From Eledone cirrhosa (Eukaryota), in the NCBI GenBank assembly GCA_964016885.1, contig OZ024742.1, positions 331,328,001 through 331,392,000 on the forward strand: a stretch of DNA of 64,000 bases. Direction: 5' to 3'. Within the stretch, counting starts at the first letter, position 1; every line of letters starts with the position of its first letter. The notes under the pieces were generated by a model that searched no databases, had not been told where the DNA came from, and saw only the letters and a program-made list of their open reading frames with translations. Shown here piece after piece: positions 26,916 through 40,794 of the stretch. Both the position numbers and the translations under genes were made by a program.

Positions 26916-28261
26916 TCATTTTACAACTGTGCGTCGGCATATTGGAAATTAAGGATAAAGCAATTCCAATGTTATGGAGACTTTTACGTGGGGCTCAACT
27001 GTGTGCATTCATATCCAACTGCATTAAACGGCTGAGTATTAAACTTAAATCTCGTGTCAAGTAAGCATGACGCTGTGTGTGACTGGGATCAATCTTTGAA
27101 AGAATTATTGTTACAAATAGAAAGGAAGTTGTTTTGTGAGAGAGAGAGCGTGAGGGAGATACTGAGAGAGACGTCCACTCCCAATATTAAACAAATGTTT
27201 TATATATTGACTGCAAAACACTGGTTGTACGCCTATCTCGGCGGTATTTGAAATCAGAATGCCGAAAATTGAAATGAGTACAGCTAAATATTTCATAAGA
27301 AGGACAGCTAAATCTCTGTTTGTCGTTTTACTGAAATATATGATATACACAATTGTATGCCGTACTCTGTATCATATTTGGTAACATCAATATCATATGA
27401 AGCCAAACGTGATATGTAATGTAGTCGTTTGCATGATATACACGCCACAACGTATCATGACCTTATCATTACAGTTATCACTAATAATAGTTCAATTGGT
27501 GGGTATTTCATCAGGGTCAACATTTGATATGATATCATTGATCGTGTATGAATCATTGAATACCATTCCAAATTCTGAGTCGTATATGATAAATTGATTC
27601 GTATATAATCCATCATTGTTGATGTATCTCCATTTTATATATGATTATCTCAATCCATTTCTATCGAAGTTTAACTTAAAAAGATTAAGACGACAAATCA
27701 TTTAATAATATATTACTTATATTTATTGTGATTGGTGCTGTTGCTATTTTGCCGATTGTGAATTCTGCCATAGCGGACCTGCCCTCAAGAGGTTATTGCA
27801 CAGAAAAGTTCAACCCCGAAATCTAAAACGTAAAAAGCTAGCTATATATATATACCCCCAAATGTACCGATAAGTGGGTACTCGCTCTTGTAATATTTGA
27901 TACAAACATTACTTTTTTTCTCGGCGTCAGAAAATAAATAGTTTTTTCACCAGGCAAAACAGCTTGCCTTAGCTCTGCTTATATATATGTATATATAACA
28001 TGTGCGACACCATATTAATACGTTTGACTATCATTAGATAATGCATAACAATGCTGAAACCGGTAATAGACAATTATTAAATATATAAATAGATAAATAA
28101 ATGCCATTGTTAAATAATAAATAAATCAACTACTATATTACCATTTCACACAAGGTAAAACATTTCGTTTTAATCATTTTCTAACCCAGAAAAAAGAAAG
28201 AGAGAAACAAGAAAGGAGAAAAAAATATGTTTCTTCCTAATAATCGTCTCTTTCTCCCTGT

Positions 28262-28352
<91 letters not shown>

Positions 28353-28468
28353 CACAGGCGGAGCTAAGGCAAGCATTTCTAGTCCTGTAGAAGCCATTCA
28401 TAAATATATATATATATATATAATAAATAAATAACAAAGAACGCTTATAGCATATGCATATCTTTACT

Positions 28469-28514
28469 TGCTAACATTGTTTCATCCGCACTATAAGTGG
28501 GACTCATCAGAGCA
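28469..28514 (-). ncRNA. Minimal type I hammerhead ribozyme
   Basis: Reverse complement TGCT-CTGATGA-GTCC(CACTTATAGTGC)GGAT-GAAA-CAATG-TT-AGCA; GUU triplet. Confidence 0.82.
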
Positions 28515-29217
28515 TAAAGGTTAATTACATACCATACAAGCAATAACAAATCCAAGACATTGAAGAATGAAAGGTAACAATAGACGATAGAGGATAAGAA
28601 TAAAAATAAAAATAAAAATAAAAATAAAAATAAAAATAAAAATAAAAGTAAAAATAAAAATAAAAATAAAAATAAGAATAAGGGGTGCTATCAGTCACAG
28701 TTGGGCGGGGTGCTGTCAACATATAGTTACATTCAAGCATACACATGGATAAGAGAACAGACAAGAGTAGACACATGGATAAGAGAACAGACAAGAGTAG
28801 ATAAGATAATGGGATTAGGTAAGAGTAGGTAAAAAATAGGTAAAAAATAGGTGAAAAACAGACTTATAATATATATAAAAAGAAATACAAAGAAATACAT
28901 AACAAACTTACATATAAAATATAAAATATAGGGTAAGGAATGAGATAAAATAATATAAAATTAAAAATTAAAAATTATATACATAGAACATAATATAGTA
29001 TAATCGTAAAATAAGATAAAATAAGGTAAACTAAAATCAAATAACATAGACTAAATTAAAATAATATAATATAAGATATAATTAAATGTATAATTAAATG
29101 TAATTAAATGTAATTAAATAAATAAATAAATAAATAAATAAAAAAATAAAAATTAAATAAATAAATAACATTAAAATTAAAATTTTAAAATTTTAAAATT
29201 TAAATTTAAATTTAAAT

Positions 29218-29253
<36 letters not shown>

Positions 29254-31073
29254 ATGGAGTCAAGTAAGTAAATAAATAAAATTAGATAACATGAAATGAA
29301 ATAAAATAAAATGAAATAAAGTAAATTGAGATAAGATATATATTTTTTTAGAATATATCTCTTGAATATATCAGGGGCCCACGAAGGCACTAAATGTCAC
29401 AGTTATGTGTATCACTTGACCAATTTTTTAAAATATATTTCTTGAAAACATCAGGGGCCCACGAAGGCACTAAGTGTCACAGTCACCAGTATCACTTGAC
29501 CATTGCAAGGCAATGCCCCCACCGAATATTAAGCTCTTTCTTCTACTTTAAACCTGTTAGCTAGCACGTCCTTATTCCTCCAGTTGGGCTGTCTTGTGTA
29601 ACTGTCTCTGACTGAGTGTAACTGTCTCCTAATGTTGGTCGTCTATGTATACGAGTCTGTGAATGTATACGTATGCCTGTGGGAGAATATTGATCTTGAT
29701 ATTGGGGTGTGCAGGGGAGTGTATGTTAATAAGCACCCCTGTTTGGTACAGTGGATGTAACCCATCCACGCTGGCCTACCCACCATTAGTGAATTGGTGG
29801 ACCTATCCTGACGTAATTCGTGTTGATCTGTACCTCTGTATGCGCATGAGTTGTGATGTAATGTATTTATGTAAAGCGTGTATTGTGATTTAGGCTGCAC
29901 TAGTAGAAATTTAGCCTGTAACTGTGGGCGGACCCGTGCCATCCTGCCGTAAGCAGTGGATACGTGGCGCATATACGTGTTGCCCTCATATTCTGTGGTT
30001 CAAGATCTACAGGCTGACCTCTGGGAGCTCTTACCCGGGGTTGTAGTCTTTCTAGCACGATCGGCCTTCCATATATTGACGGTCGTTTTTATGATCCCGA
30101 AAGTAACGTTTTGGCCCCGATGGCCCTCCGTAGTTACTAACGGTCTGTGTACACTCGAATCGGTCAATGGCACGTGCAGACATGAATATCTCCGTAGGAT
30201 TTCAACTTTATTTTAATACATCTCATCGTATGTATTTGTTTTGAATATATTACCTGTGGTGGTGGGTCTGGTCTAATGTGGTATTTCGGTGTTTAATATC
30301 GTATTTAATATCGTATTTAATATCGGCTTTGACCCGGGTGTCCTACGCTGTGTGTGTGTGTGTGTGTGTCCGTCTATACATTTATATGTGTATGGGTGTA
30401 GGTGGTTATATGTCTCTGTGTATATATTAAAAAAAAAATATATATATATATGTATACCGTCTCTGCATATGCATGTGGTGTGTATACGTGCATATACGTG
30501 GTGAACATATTGATGTGTACAATCTTGTGATGTCCCAATGCGGTGACTTAATGGCTCTTGAAGCTATTTTTTTATATATCTTCTGTCTTTTTATATAAGT
30601 TTTGTATGCGCTACAACTGTGTCTGCTTGCTTTAACCTCACCTCGCTTGCTAATGCATGTGAATTCTTCTACCTCCTTCGAAGCACCTCTCTGACCATTT
30701 GACTCCTGCCCGTGTGTGAACACGTTTGTGATTACCCCACCGCTCAACTGTGTGAATGCACACCCATGACTTTCGAGTGAACTTTCGAGACTGCCCAACC
30801 TGGGACGCCTCCATTGCCTTGCAATGGTCAAGTGATACTGGTGACTGAGACACTTAGTGCCTTCGTGGGCCCCTGATGTTTTCAAGAAATATATTTTAAA
30901 AAATTGGTCAAGTGATACACATAACTGTGACATTTAGTGCCTTCGTGGGCCCCTGATATATTCAAGAGATATATTCTAAAAAAATATATATCTTATCTCA
31001 ATTTACTTTATTTCATTTTATTTTATTTCATTTCATGTTATCTAATTTTATTTATTTACTTACTTGACTCCAT

Positions 31074-31109
<36 letters not shown>

Positions 31110-31185
31110 ATTTAAATTTTAATTTAAATTTTAAAATTTTAAAATTTTAATTTTAATTTTATTTATTTATTTAATTTTTATTTTT

Positions 31186-31229
<44 letters not shown>

Positions 31230-31822
31230 TTACATTTAATTACATTTAATTATACATTTAATTATATCTTATATCATATTATTTTAATTTAGTCTATGTT
31301 ATTTGATTTTAGTTTACCTTATTTTATCTTATTTTACGATTATACTATATTATGTTCTATGTATATAATTTTTAATTTTTAATTTTATATTATTTTATCT
31401 CATTCCTTACCCTATATTTTATATTTTATATGTAAGTTTGTTATGTATTTCTTTGTATTTCTTTTTATATATATTATAAGTCTGTTTTTCACCTATTTTT
31501 TACCTATTTTTTACCTACTCTTACCTAATCCCATTATCTTATCTACTCTTGTCTGTTCTCTTAACCATGTGTCTACTCTTGTCTGTTCTCTTATCCATGT
31601 GTATGCTTGTATGTAACTATATGTTGACAGCACCCCGCCCAACTGTGACTGATAGCACCCCTTATTCTTATTTTTATTTTTATTTTTATTTTTACTTTTA
31701 TTTTTATTTTTATTTTTATTTTTATTTTTATTTTTATTCTTATCCTCTATCGTCTATTGTTACCTTTCATTCTTCAATGTCTTGGATTTGTTATTGCTTG
31801 TATGGTATGTAATTAACCTTTA

Positions 31823-31868
31823 TGCTCTGATGAGTCCCACTTATAGTGCGGATGAAACAATGTTAGCA
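31823..31868 (+). ncRNA. Minimal type I hammerhead ribozyme
   Basis: Same motif as 28469-28514 on the plus strand. Confidence 0.82.
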
Positions 31869-32304
31869 AGTAAAGATATGCATATGCTATAAGCGTTCTT
31901 TGTTATTTATTTATTATATTACGGCTCTGTCCTCAGACATTGAGCTAACCTCATACTGCCTGCTGGATAAGTGGAGTGTTATACACCCCTGATCCTTTCC
32001 CTAGCATACTATATATATATATATATATATATATAAACGGATACAATGAAACAAAATTTCATTTCCCACTCTTAGTACGGCTGTTACTTAAATATACGTA
32101 TGTACACGTACATACATATATGTATACAAACGTACTGTAGTATGTATATATATATATATACATGCATGCACACATATATATACGTACGTATGGATTCACC
32201 GAACAGTTATTATAATGCTCGGTGTGTTTGTAAACAAACATCCCGTATTAAGCCGTAGTGTCTAGCAACCATCGTTGCTCGTTTGTTCAACACTGAAAAA
32301 GGAA

Positions 32305-32345
32305 CGCTGTACTAGTTTCAAGCTTATTAGCTATCGTCAGCAACG
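32305..32345 (-). ncRNA. Minimal type I hammerhead ribozyme
   Basis: Reverse complement CGTTG-CTGACGA-TAGCT(AATA)AGCTT-GAAA-CTAG-TA-CAGCG. Confidence 0.88.
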
Positions 32346-32604
32346 TATAACTTCCTGCCAGATTGTTGAACGTATATACTTACCTTATGCATATTAACTG
32401 CTGAGTAGCCCAATTTGCATATCGAGTGGGTTAATCGGCCGAGTGCACCGAAAGCGATAAACGGAAAAAATGAATCGACATTTCATTTCCCACTCTTAGT
32501 ACGGCTGTTACTTAAATGTAAGTATGTACACGTACATACCTATATGTAAACAGACGTACAGTTGTATGTATATATATATATACATACATGCACACACACA
32601 CACA

Positions 32605-32703
<99 letters not shown>

Positions 32704-32940
32704 GTATGGATTCACCTAACATTTATTTACGTCTGTCTACATATATGTATGTACGTGTACATACTTATATTTAAGTAACAGCCGTACTAAGAGTGGGAAA
32801 TGAAATTTCGTTTCATTTTTTCCGTTTATCGTTCTCGGTGCACCCGGCCGATTAACCCACTCGATATGCAAATTGGGCTCCTCAGCCGTTAATATGCATA
32901 AGGTAAGTATATACGTTCAACAATCTGGCTTGAAGATATA

Positions 32941-32981
32941 CGTTGCTGACGATAGCTAATAAGCTTGAAACTAGTACAGCG
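32941..32981 (+). ncRNA. Minimal type I hammerhead ribozyme
   Basis: CGTTG-CTGACGA-TAGCT(AATA)AGCTT-GAAA-CTAG-TA-CAGCG. Confidence 0.88.
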
Positions 32982-33155
32982 TTCCTTTGTCAGTGTTGAA
33001 CAAACGAGCAACGATGGTTGATAGACACTACGGCTTAATACGGGATGTTTGTTTACAAACACACCGAGCATTATAATAAATGTTCGGTGAATCCATACGT
33101 ACATATATATATATGTGTGCATGTATGTATATATATATATACATACTACTGTACG

Positions 33156-33248
<93 letters not shown>

Positions 33249-33491
33249 TTGAGTGGATATATATATACAGATTAGAGCAAACATCACGGGCGCTCTATCT
33301 CAAAATTATTTTTGAAAAGCATTAGAAATGCGCAACCGGTAAAACTTAAAACCAAAACTGAATACTAACCAATACTATTACTAATTTTTACTTGTTCCTA
33401 ATTAAACTATTTTTCACTGGGAACAATTTGTCAGCATTTTCTTTTCCGCTTACCAATATATCATAACTCGTGTGTTACACCTTTATTCTTT

Positions 33492-33557
<66 letters not shown>

Positions 33558-33716
33558 ATAAAAATACTTGAGTGTATTAGAGTTAAACACACTCGTCGTA
33601 TTAGAGAAATGACAGTATAAAATATAGCTCAATTTCATCCAACATAGCCGAAAAATTATATAAAAAATTATATAAAAAATAAACAAAGAAGCCTTTAATT
33701 CATCAAAAATCTTTAT

Positions 33717-33761
33717 TTGCTGACAATGTTTCGTCCCATTAATAAGGACTCATCAGAGCAA
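33717..33761 (-). ncRNA. Minimal type I hammerhead ribozyme (canonical core)
   Basis: Reverse complement TTGCT-CTGATGA-GTCC(TTATTAATG)GGAC-GAAA-CATTG-TC-AGCAA; GUC triplet. Confidence 0.92.
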
Positions 33762-34992
33762 GGAAAAAGACAAGAAGTATTAACGGCCAGAACAAGCCAA
33801 ATATCAGAAGAACAGCTAATGGATATTTATGAAAATGTGGGAAAATTATCACGGCAGACATGCTAAATCTAATAGGGTGCATTTGTAAATAAAGACTATA
33901 GGGCAAGAGAGCAGGCAATACATTAAACAAACCCACGTTAGAAGTACAATATAAGTCTAATACTAGAAATACAACCTGGTAATACAATGTGAGAATTATA
34001 ATATACAATACAATACAATAGATATACAGAAATAAAACTTAATATATATATATATACATCCACTCTCACTCTGACACATATATATACACATTTACACATA
34101 CACATAATAACACAAATATAAATATAAGCATTATAATAGAATAATCACCCTGACGGTGTGATTAAACAATACCAAAATCAATGAAAATAATATATTGACA
34201 TTAAAAAAAATATATAAAAATTCATCCTACGTATCATGTAAAGTCACCTAAATGTGTATAAAAATATAATGTATTTCACAGGGTAAAAAATAATAATAAT
34301 ACCATATAATAATATAAAGTATGGTGGAAAAATATATATAAATATATATAATAGACAATAAATATACGGAGATATAGGCAGTTCAAATCCATATAATATT
34401 ACATATTAATATTTCAAATACGGACACATACTTATAATTCAAATACATATAATATAACATTATATATTAACATTAATATTTCAATAGCAGACACAAATCC
34501 ATATAATATTACATATTAATATTTCAATACCGGGCACATACTTATAATTCAAATACATGTAATATAATATTATATATTAACATTGATATTTCAATAGCAG
34601 ACACACAATAGCAAGGGAAAAAGCTTACACGATAAATTCAAGGACACAATTTACAGATGATAGGAAAGACAGACAGCAAGTGAGAGTGGATGTATATATA
34701 TATATATATATTAAGTTTTATTTCTGTATTATCTATTGTATTGTATTGTATATTATAATTCTCACATTGTATTACCATGTTGTATTTCTAGTTTTAGACT
34801 TATATTGTACTTCTAACGTGGGTTTGTTTAATGTATTGCCTGCTCTCTTGCCCTATAGTCTTTATTTACAAAGCACCCTATTAGATTTAGTATGTCTATC
34901 CATGATAATTTTCCTAAATTTTCATAAATAACCATTAGCTGTTCTTCTGAGTTTTGGCTTGTTCTGGCCGTTAATACTTCTTGTCTTTTTCC

Positions 34993-35037
34993 TTGCTCTG
35001 ATGAGTCCTTATTAATGGGACGAAACATTGTCAGCAA
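34993..35037 (+). ncRNA. Minimal type I hammerhead ribozyme (canonical core)
   Basis: TTGCT-CTGATGA-GTCC(TTATTAATG)GGAC-GAAA-CATTG-TC-AGCAA. Confidence 0.92.
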
Positions 35038-36925
35038 ATAAAGATTTTTGATGAATCAAAGGCTTCTTTGTTTATTTTTTATATAATTTTTATATAATTT
35101 TTATATAATATATATATATATATATATATATTTGAATGGCTTCTACAGGCCTAGAAATGTTTCATTCGAGAGAAATCTCCAGGAAAGGGCTTTCCATATG
35201 TTTTCCTTCGAATAAAACAGTTCTAGTCCTGTAGAAGCAATATGGATATGAAATAATTTGTATACGATCTACTAATGTATTGAGTACCTTGCTTAATGGG
35301 AATCCACCGATTTAACCCGCGACATATTCACATACACTCGACCCTCCCCCACCCCACCCCACCCCCACACACACATATAAATATATGAATATTAGAACTT
35401 TCGGAAATTAGTTTTTCCGTCGCTTTGAATTACGAGTCATCCACACAAGGCATAAACCTATGTCTCAGTCCGACAGGGTGTTTTTTATAATATTTTTTGT
35501 CATTGCTTACTGCTGAGGCATCTAAAATATTTCTGCGATATAAACCTATGCGTTGAAGTGTACATATCCGCTGTTATATCACAGTTTATGGTGTGTGGCA
35601 TATCCAACAAGACTAGCTCTGGAAAAGAACCCACTCTGAATAGAGAATGTTTGAAAGTGAAACACGGTGATTTGGCGCAAAAAATGATGTATCATATTTA
35701 AGTGTACAGGAACATCTCGTGTGATCTAGAAAGCATGCAAAGGGAGAATTTGTGTCTCTTATGTGCTTTTGTTTGATAAACGAACACGACGTTCCAACAT
35801 GTAGCAGTATTATTAATAGGAACTCTGACCTTTCCTTTATTGTATTGCAGTATTTCAGGTGATATAAATTGGGACCGTATGTCAACGGAAAAGGAAATAG
35901 AGAATGGTTATCACAGATGTCCTTATGTTTTGTATGTATATCACTGCATATGTATATTGCCAGCAGATTGATTGGATAAACGAAGCGTTACGACGGAAGT
36001 ATTCAGCTTCAGTAAATAAAAACAATATGTCATTCTCCTGCATGGAAATCCAGTAGTACATTCTGGAAAAATAAACTCAAGAAAAGATAAGATAACTAGG
36101 ATGAGAAAATATTTTATATCCACTATATTCATCAAATTTTGTACCTACAGATTTTCATTTGTTTCGACCACTAGATTGACAGAACATTCAGAAATAGAAA
36201 AAAATGAAAACTGTATTTCGAATATGTTTGAGTGGAAAATATACAGATTTTATGAAATGTCGAGTCGAAAATTTGTCTTCTTGTAGTATTTAAATAAAGT
36301 GGACTTGGATTTATTTTCTATATTCTCTCTGAAAACAAACCGTAATAGCTATACTAAAAGAGCTCCAATGAAAGGTCTCTGATATGAAAGTGTGATTATA
36401 TTTTGTAGGTATTTTATGTTGAACTGTATTCTGTGTGGTCTCTTTTATATATAATGAGAAATTTAGCTCAATATAATGTCACAGGCGTAGAAGCCAACGC
36501 AACTTTTTTATCTTGCTTCCTATAGAACAGCTCAAGGATAATGGTACCACGCACATGTTATAATTCGTTTTAAAATACATCCATTTGTTCAAAGAAAAGC
36601 TGCCCCTATAGAGGGCAAAGTATGCTGATAACAATCAAACACATTTAAGAATTCTAACAGTTTAATTTAAAAAAAATTAAATACTTATACTTCCATCAAC
36701 TGAACCAAATTATTTTTGAACCCTGAAAACATTTCCCAGATACAAGTATTGGAAATTGATTACTAGCATTTGGGACTTGAGATCCATTTAATATACACGT
36801 AACCTATACTGATTCTCTTTCTCTGTTCATCATATCGTCTGATTTCATTTATCTCTAGATTCAATGTCAGTTCTCTCAGTTTGTAACTCGTCATATATAA
36901 TTTGTAAACAATAATTAAAATATAA

Positions 36926-37120
36926 GGGCGGTGGATTGGCAGTATCGGTAGAAGGTCGGACGCCATGCTTTGAAGCATAGGGTTACCTCCCTTTATGATA
37001 TGAGTTCAAATCCGGCCGAGGTTAACTTTCCCTTTCACCCTTAAGGGGTCGATAAAATAAAGTACCGGTAATACAATGGCATAATTTCTGGCCTTGTGCC
37101 TAAAGTAGAAACAAAAATTA
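36926..37120 (+). mobile_element. tRNA-derived SINE
   Basis: Same family as 26725. Confidence 0.88.
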
Positions 37121-37962
37121 AAATATAAAAATTGAATCAGATATGTTATTTCGCGTAGCTTACAATGACAGCCTGCCAATGACACAAACATATGTCCAAT
37201 TACATATTCGTTGATATCAAAATAGCAGTTAAGCGATGAATGCAGCGAGTTAACTAGTCATTAAAAATTTGATTATATGCTTCTCTTTTTGTTACTGCCT
37301 TCTTATTTTAAATCCTCTCGAGGTTAATTTTGCCTTTTATCCTTTCAGAGTTGATAATTGACGTTAGAGTGGTGATAGTTTAGCAGAATTGTTAAAAAGT
37401 TATAATCCCGGAGAGCAGTTGTTATCACCAATGGATAGGCCAAAGCTTTCTAGTTGTCTTCTGACAATTGGATCCTTTCATTTGTACATACACAACTATT
37501 CAATTTGACGTGACTTATTCAGTACCTAACGAGGAAGCATTTAAAAGCAAAACGAAGGAAACGTTACCTTGTCATTCCACCAGAAATAAATAACAGTTAC
37601 GATGTGAGATGATATAAGGATAACCTTAAATCTGAAAGCGAGTTAAGTGTTAGGTTTTCGTCCTAGTTCCCATCATATCATGATCACTGCGGTACAATGT
37701 ATATATTTCAGTGTTATCATCCATAGCAATCGAGATTGTAAGTTTATTACAATGTTTATATGATAAGTGTATATATATATGTCTTTATTTCTAATACATA
37801 GGTCTAAAATCTATATAAAATATAGCTTATTTTAAATTCAGTACTGCGTGTGTAAACATCACTGATGATAGTTGAAGACATCGGGCAATATTTATAACTT
37901 TAAACAATCATAGCAAGACATATATATACATGTATTTTACGTAAACATAACATATATGGCAT

Positions 37963-38340
37963 ATATCGGTAGAAGGTCGGACGCCATGCTTTGAAGCATA
38001 GAGTTACCTCCCTTTATGATCTGAGTTCAAATCCAGCCGAGGTTGACTTTGCCTTTCATCCTTACGGGGTCGATAAAATAAAGTACCAGTAATGTACTGG
38101 TTAATTGCTGGCCTTGTGCCAAAAATAGAAACAATTATTAATATGATTATTAGGATTGGCAGTATCGGTAGAGGGTCGGACGCCATGCTTTCCAGCATAG
38201 TTACGTCCCTTTACGATCTGAGTTCAAATCCCGCCGAGGTTGACTTTGCCTTTCATCCTTACGGGGTCGATAAAATAAAGTACCAGTAATGTACTGGGTA
38301 ATTTCTGGCCTTGTGCCAATAGTAGAAACAATTATTATAA
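37963..38340 (+). mobile_element. Two tandem tRNA-derived SINEs (37963-38140, 38153-38340)
   Basis: Same family as 26725. Confidence 0.88.
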
Positions 38341-38929
38341 TCATTATTCACTTATTTATGTTCATACACAGAAAAAGCACAGCGCCACCTTAGGTTTCAA
38401 GATTCAGTTATGGCCATCTTCTCAGAGAGAGAGATGGGGGGAGAGTGAGAGTGAGACAGATAGGACAGACAGACAGATAGACAGACATATATACAGAGAT
38501 TTGTGAATATGTGTACGAATGCTTGCATCTACGTGTATATTTTCATTTTAACTACAACATGAGCTGGTCATTCAACAACGCAATTATTCGTACATCTTAC
38601 AATGATATAATATGCCACACCGATGTATATGGAAAATCATAAAAACAGAGTTGTGCATTATGCCAACATATATTTCAAAGCAAAATATTTCACAAAAAAA
38701 TTCATGCTGGGAGACATTTCGAAAATTAATGTTGATTACTATGGGTAAATCGAAGTGTGTAAGGATACTATATCCAAAAGGATTAGATATATTCATGTAA
38801 CAATCTCTGTGTCGTAATGTTAACATGTGTACCGAAAGGAAGAGTTGTAGTTAATAGTTGAAAAAAAGAAATGTCTAATCGGTGGCAACTCCGAAATCAT
38901 TTAGCTCTCTAGTAGAGAACTGATGAGTG

Positions 38930-38982
<53 letters not shown>

Positions 38983-39362
38983 CATATATATGTGTGGGCA
39001 CACATATGTGTGTGTGTGCGTGTGCGTCTATATGAGTGTTAGAGTGTGTCTCTGTGTATGTGTTGTATTATATAAATATGCCGTATTATTTTCTTACAAA
39101 ACACGTTTATATTTACGAATTGATATGCTCCTCTCCACATGGTGCAGATAAAAAGGAAGCATTGGCTTTTACTATGCCAGCGGGAATATATAATATCAGT
39201 CAAACCTTTTAAATATATATATATTTCACAGTTCATTCTAAAATTAAAATCATAAATGTTACTAGAATCATACAAGTACACATGATGTTTGTTTTTACAT
39301 ATATAGTATAATCGACAAATATAAATACATATACTCTTATCTTTATGTCTGTACATGCACAC

Positions 39363-39365
<3 letters not shown>

Positions 39366-39448
<83 letters not shown>

Positions 39449-39461
39449 CATATATATACAT

Positions 39462-39509
<48 letters not shown>

Positions 39510-39516
39510 TATATAC

Positions 39517-39567
<51 letters not shown>

Positions 39568-39573
39568 TATACA

Positions 39574-39605
<32 letters not shown>

Positions 39606-39606
39606 C

Positions 39607-39653
<47 letters not shown>

Positions 39654-39684
39654 CATATATATATATATACATATATATATATAC

Positions 39685-39779
<95 letters not shown>

Positions 39780-39782
39780 TAC

Positions 39783-39873
<91 letters not shown>

Positions 39874-39885
39874 CATATATATACA

Positions 39886-39926
<41 letters not shown>

Positions 39927-39951
39927 CTGTGTGTGTGTGTGTGTGTGTGTG
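39366..39951. repeat. Long interrupted (TA)n/(TACA) microsatellite plus (TG)n
   Basis: Visible directly; many similar tracts across the window (e.g. 40150-40450, 53898-54124). Confidence 0.97.
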
Positions 39952-40319
39952 TACGAATATATATATATTGTCTGTGTGAGCATCAAACAAAAATAATTCC
40001 ATTAACGCCCTATTTTCAAAATATAAGATACGATTTAATATCATATACAAAGCATATTTTGTGTAAATTGGTGGTTCATATTCAGTTTAAATGCTACTAA
40101 AATTAAACATGTATGGCAATACACACAGCCACAAACACACACACTCGCGCATATATATATATATATATATATGCATATATATGTGTATATATATATATAT
40201 ATATATGCATATATATGTGTATATATATATATGCATATATATGTGTATATATATATTCATATATATATATGCAGATGTATATATATATATGCATATATAT
40301 ATATATATATATGCATAGG

Positions 40320-40407
<88 letters not shown>

Positions 40408-40649
40408 TATATATATATATATGCATATATATATATATATATATATATTATTGATATTATTATTATTATTAATCATACGAATCACGAGCAACAAATCTTT
40501 GACACACATATAACTAATATTTCATGTCGTGTGATCTTTTTTTCAGATGTTAGCTTTTTAGTGTTTGGTGTAAAATCAATCATGATTTTGCAAATGGCTA
40601 CGTTGGTCGCTGGTTGCTTATTTATTGTGCTACATGCAAGCGTTATTTC

Positions 40650-40705
<56 letters not shown>

Positions 40706-40714
40706 AGGGAGAGC

Positions 40715-40794
<80 letters not shown>

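Larger units (their letters stand above)
28419..31918. mobile_element. Element with ~1.1-kb near-identical inverted arms (28419-29515 / 30812-31918), each with an outward-facing HHR
   Basis: Arms are reverse complements (duplicated ORF translations on opposite strands confirm this); 1.3-kb unique core. Confidence 0.88.
32037..33165. mobile_element. HHR repeat related to 6271-7575: ~1.6 minus-strand units (~424 bp) plus one inverted unit
   Basis: ATTTCATTTCCCACTCTTAGTACGG at ~32056 and ~32480, inverted at ~32782-32806; clear similarity to the 6.5-7.5 kb units. Confidence 0.85.
33651..35105. mobile_element. Element with ~420-bp inverted arms (33651-34070 / 34679-35105), each with an outward-facing HHR
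   Basis: Arms are reverse complements. AT-rich core with a ~110-bp tandem duplication (34384 / 34494). Confidence 0.88.

Noticed and set aside
38920-38935. CTGATGAG motif (also CTGATGA at 37862)
   Set aside because: No stem II/GAAA/stem I partners; expected by chance
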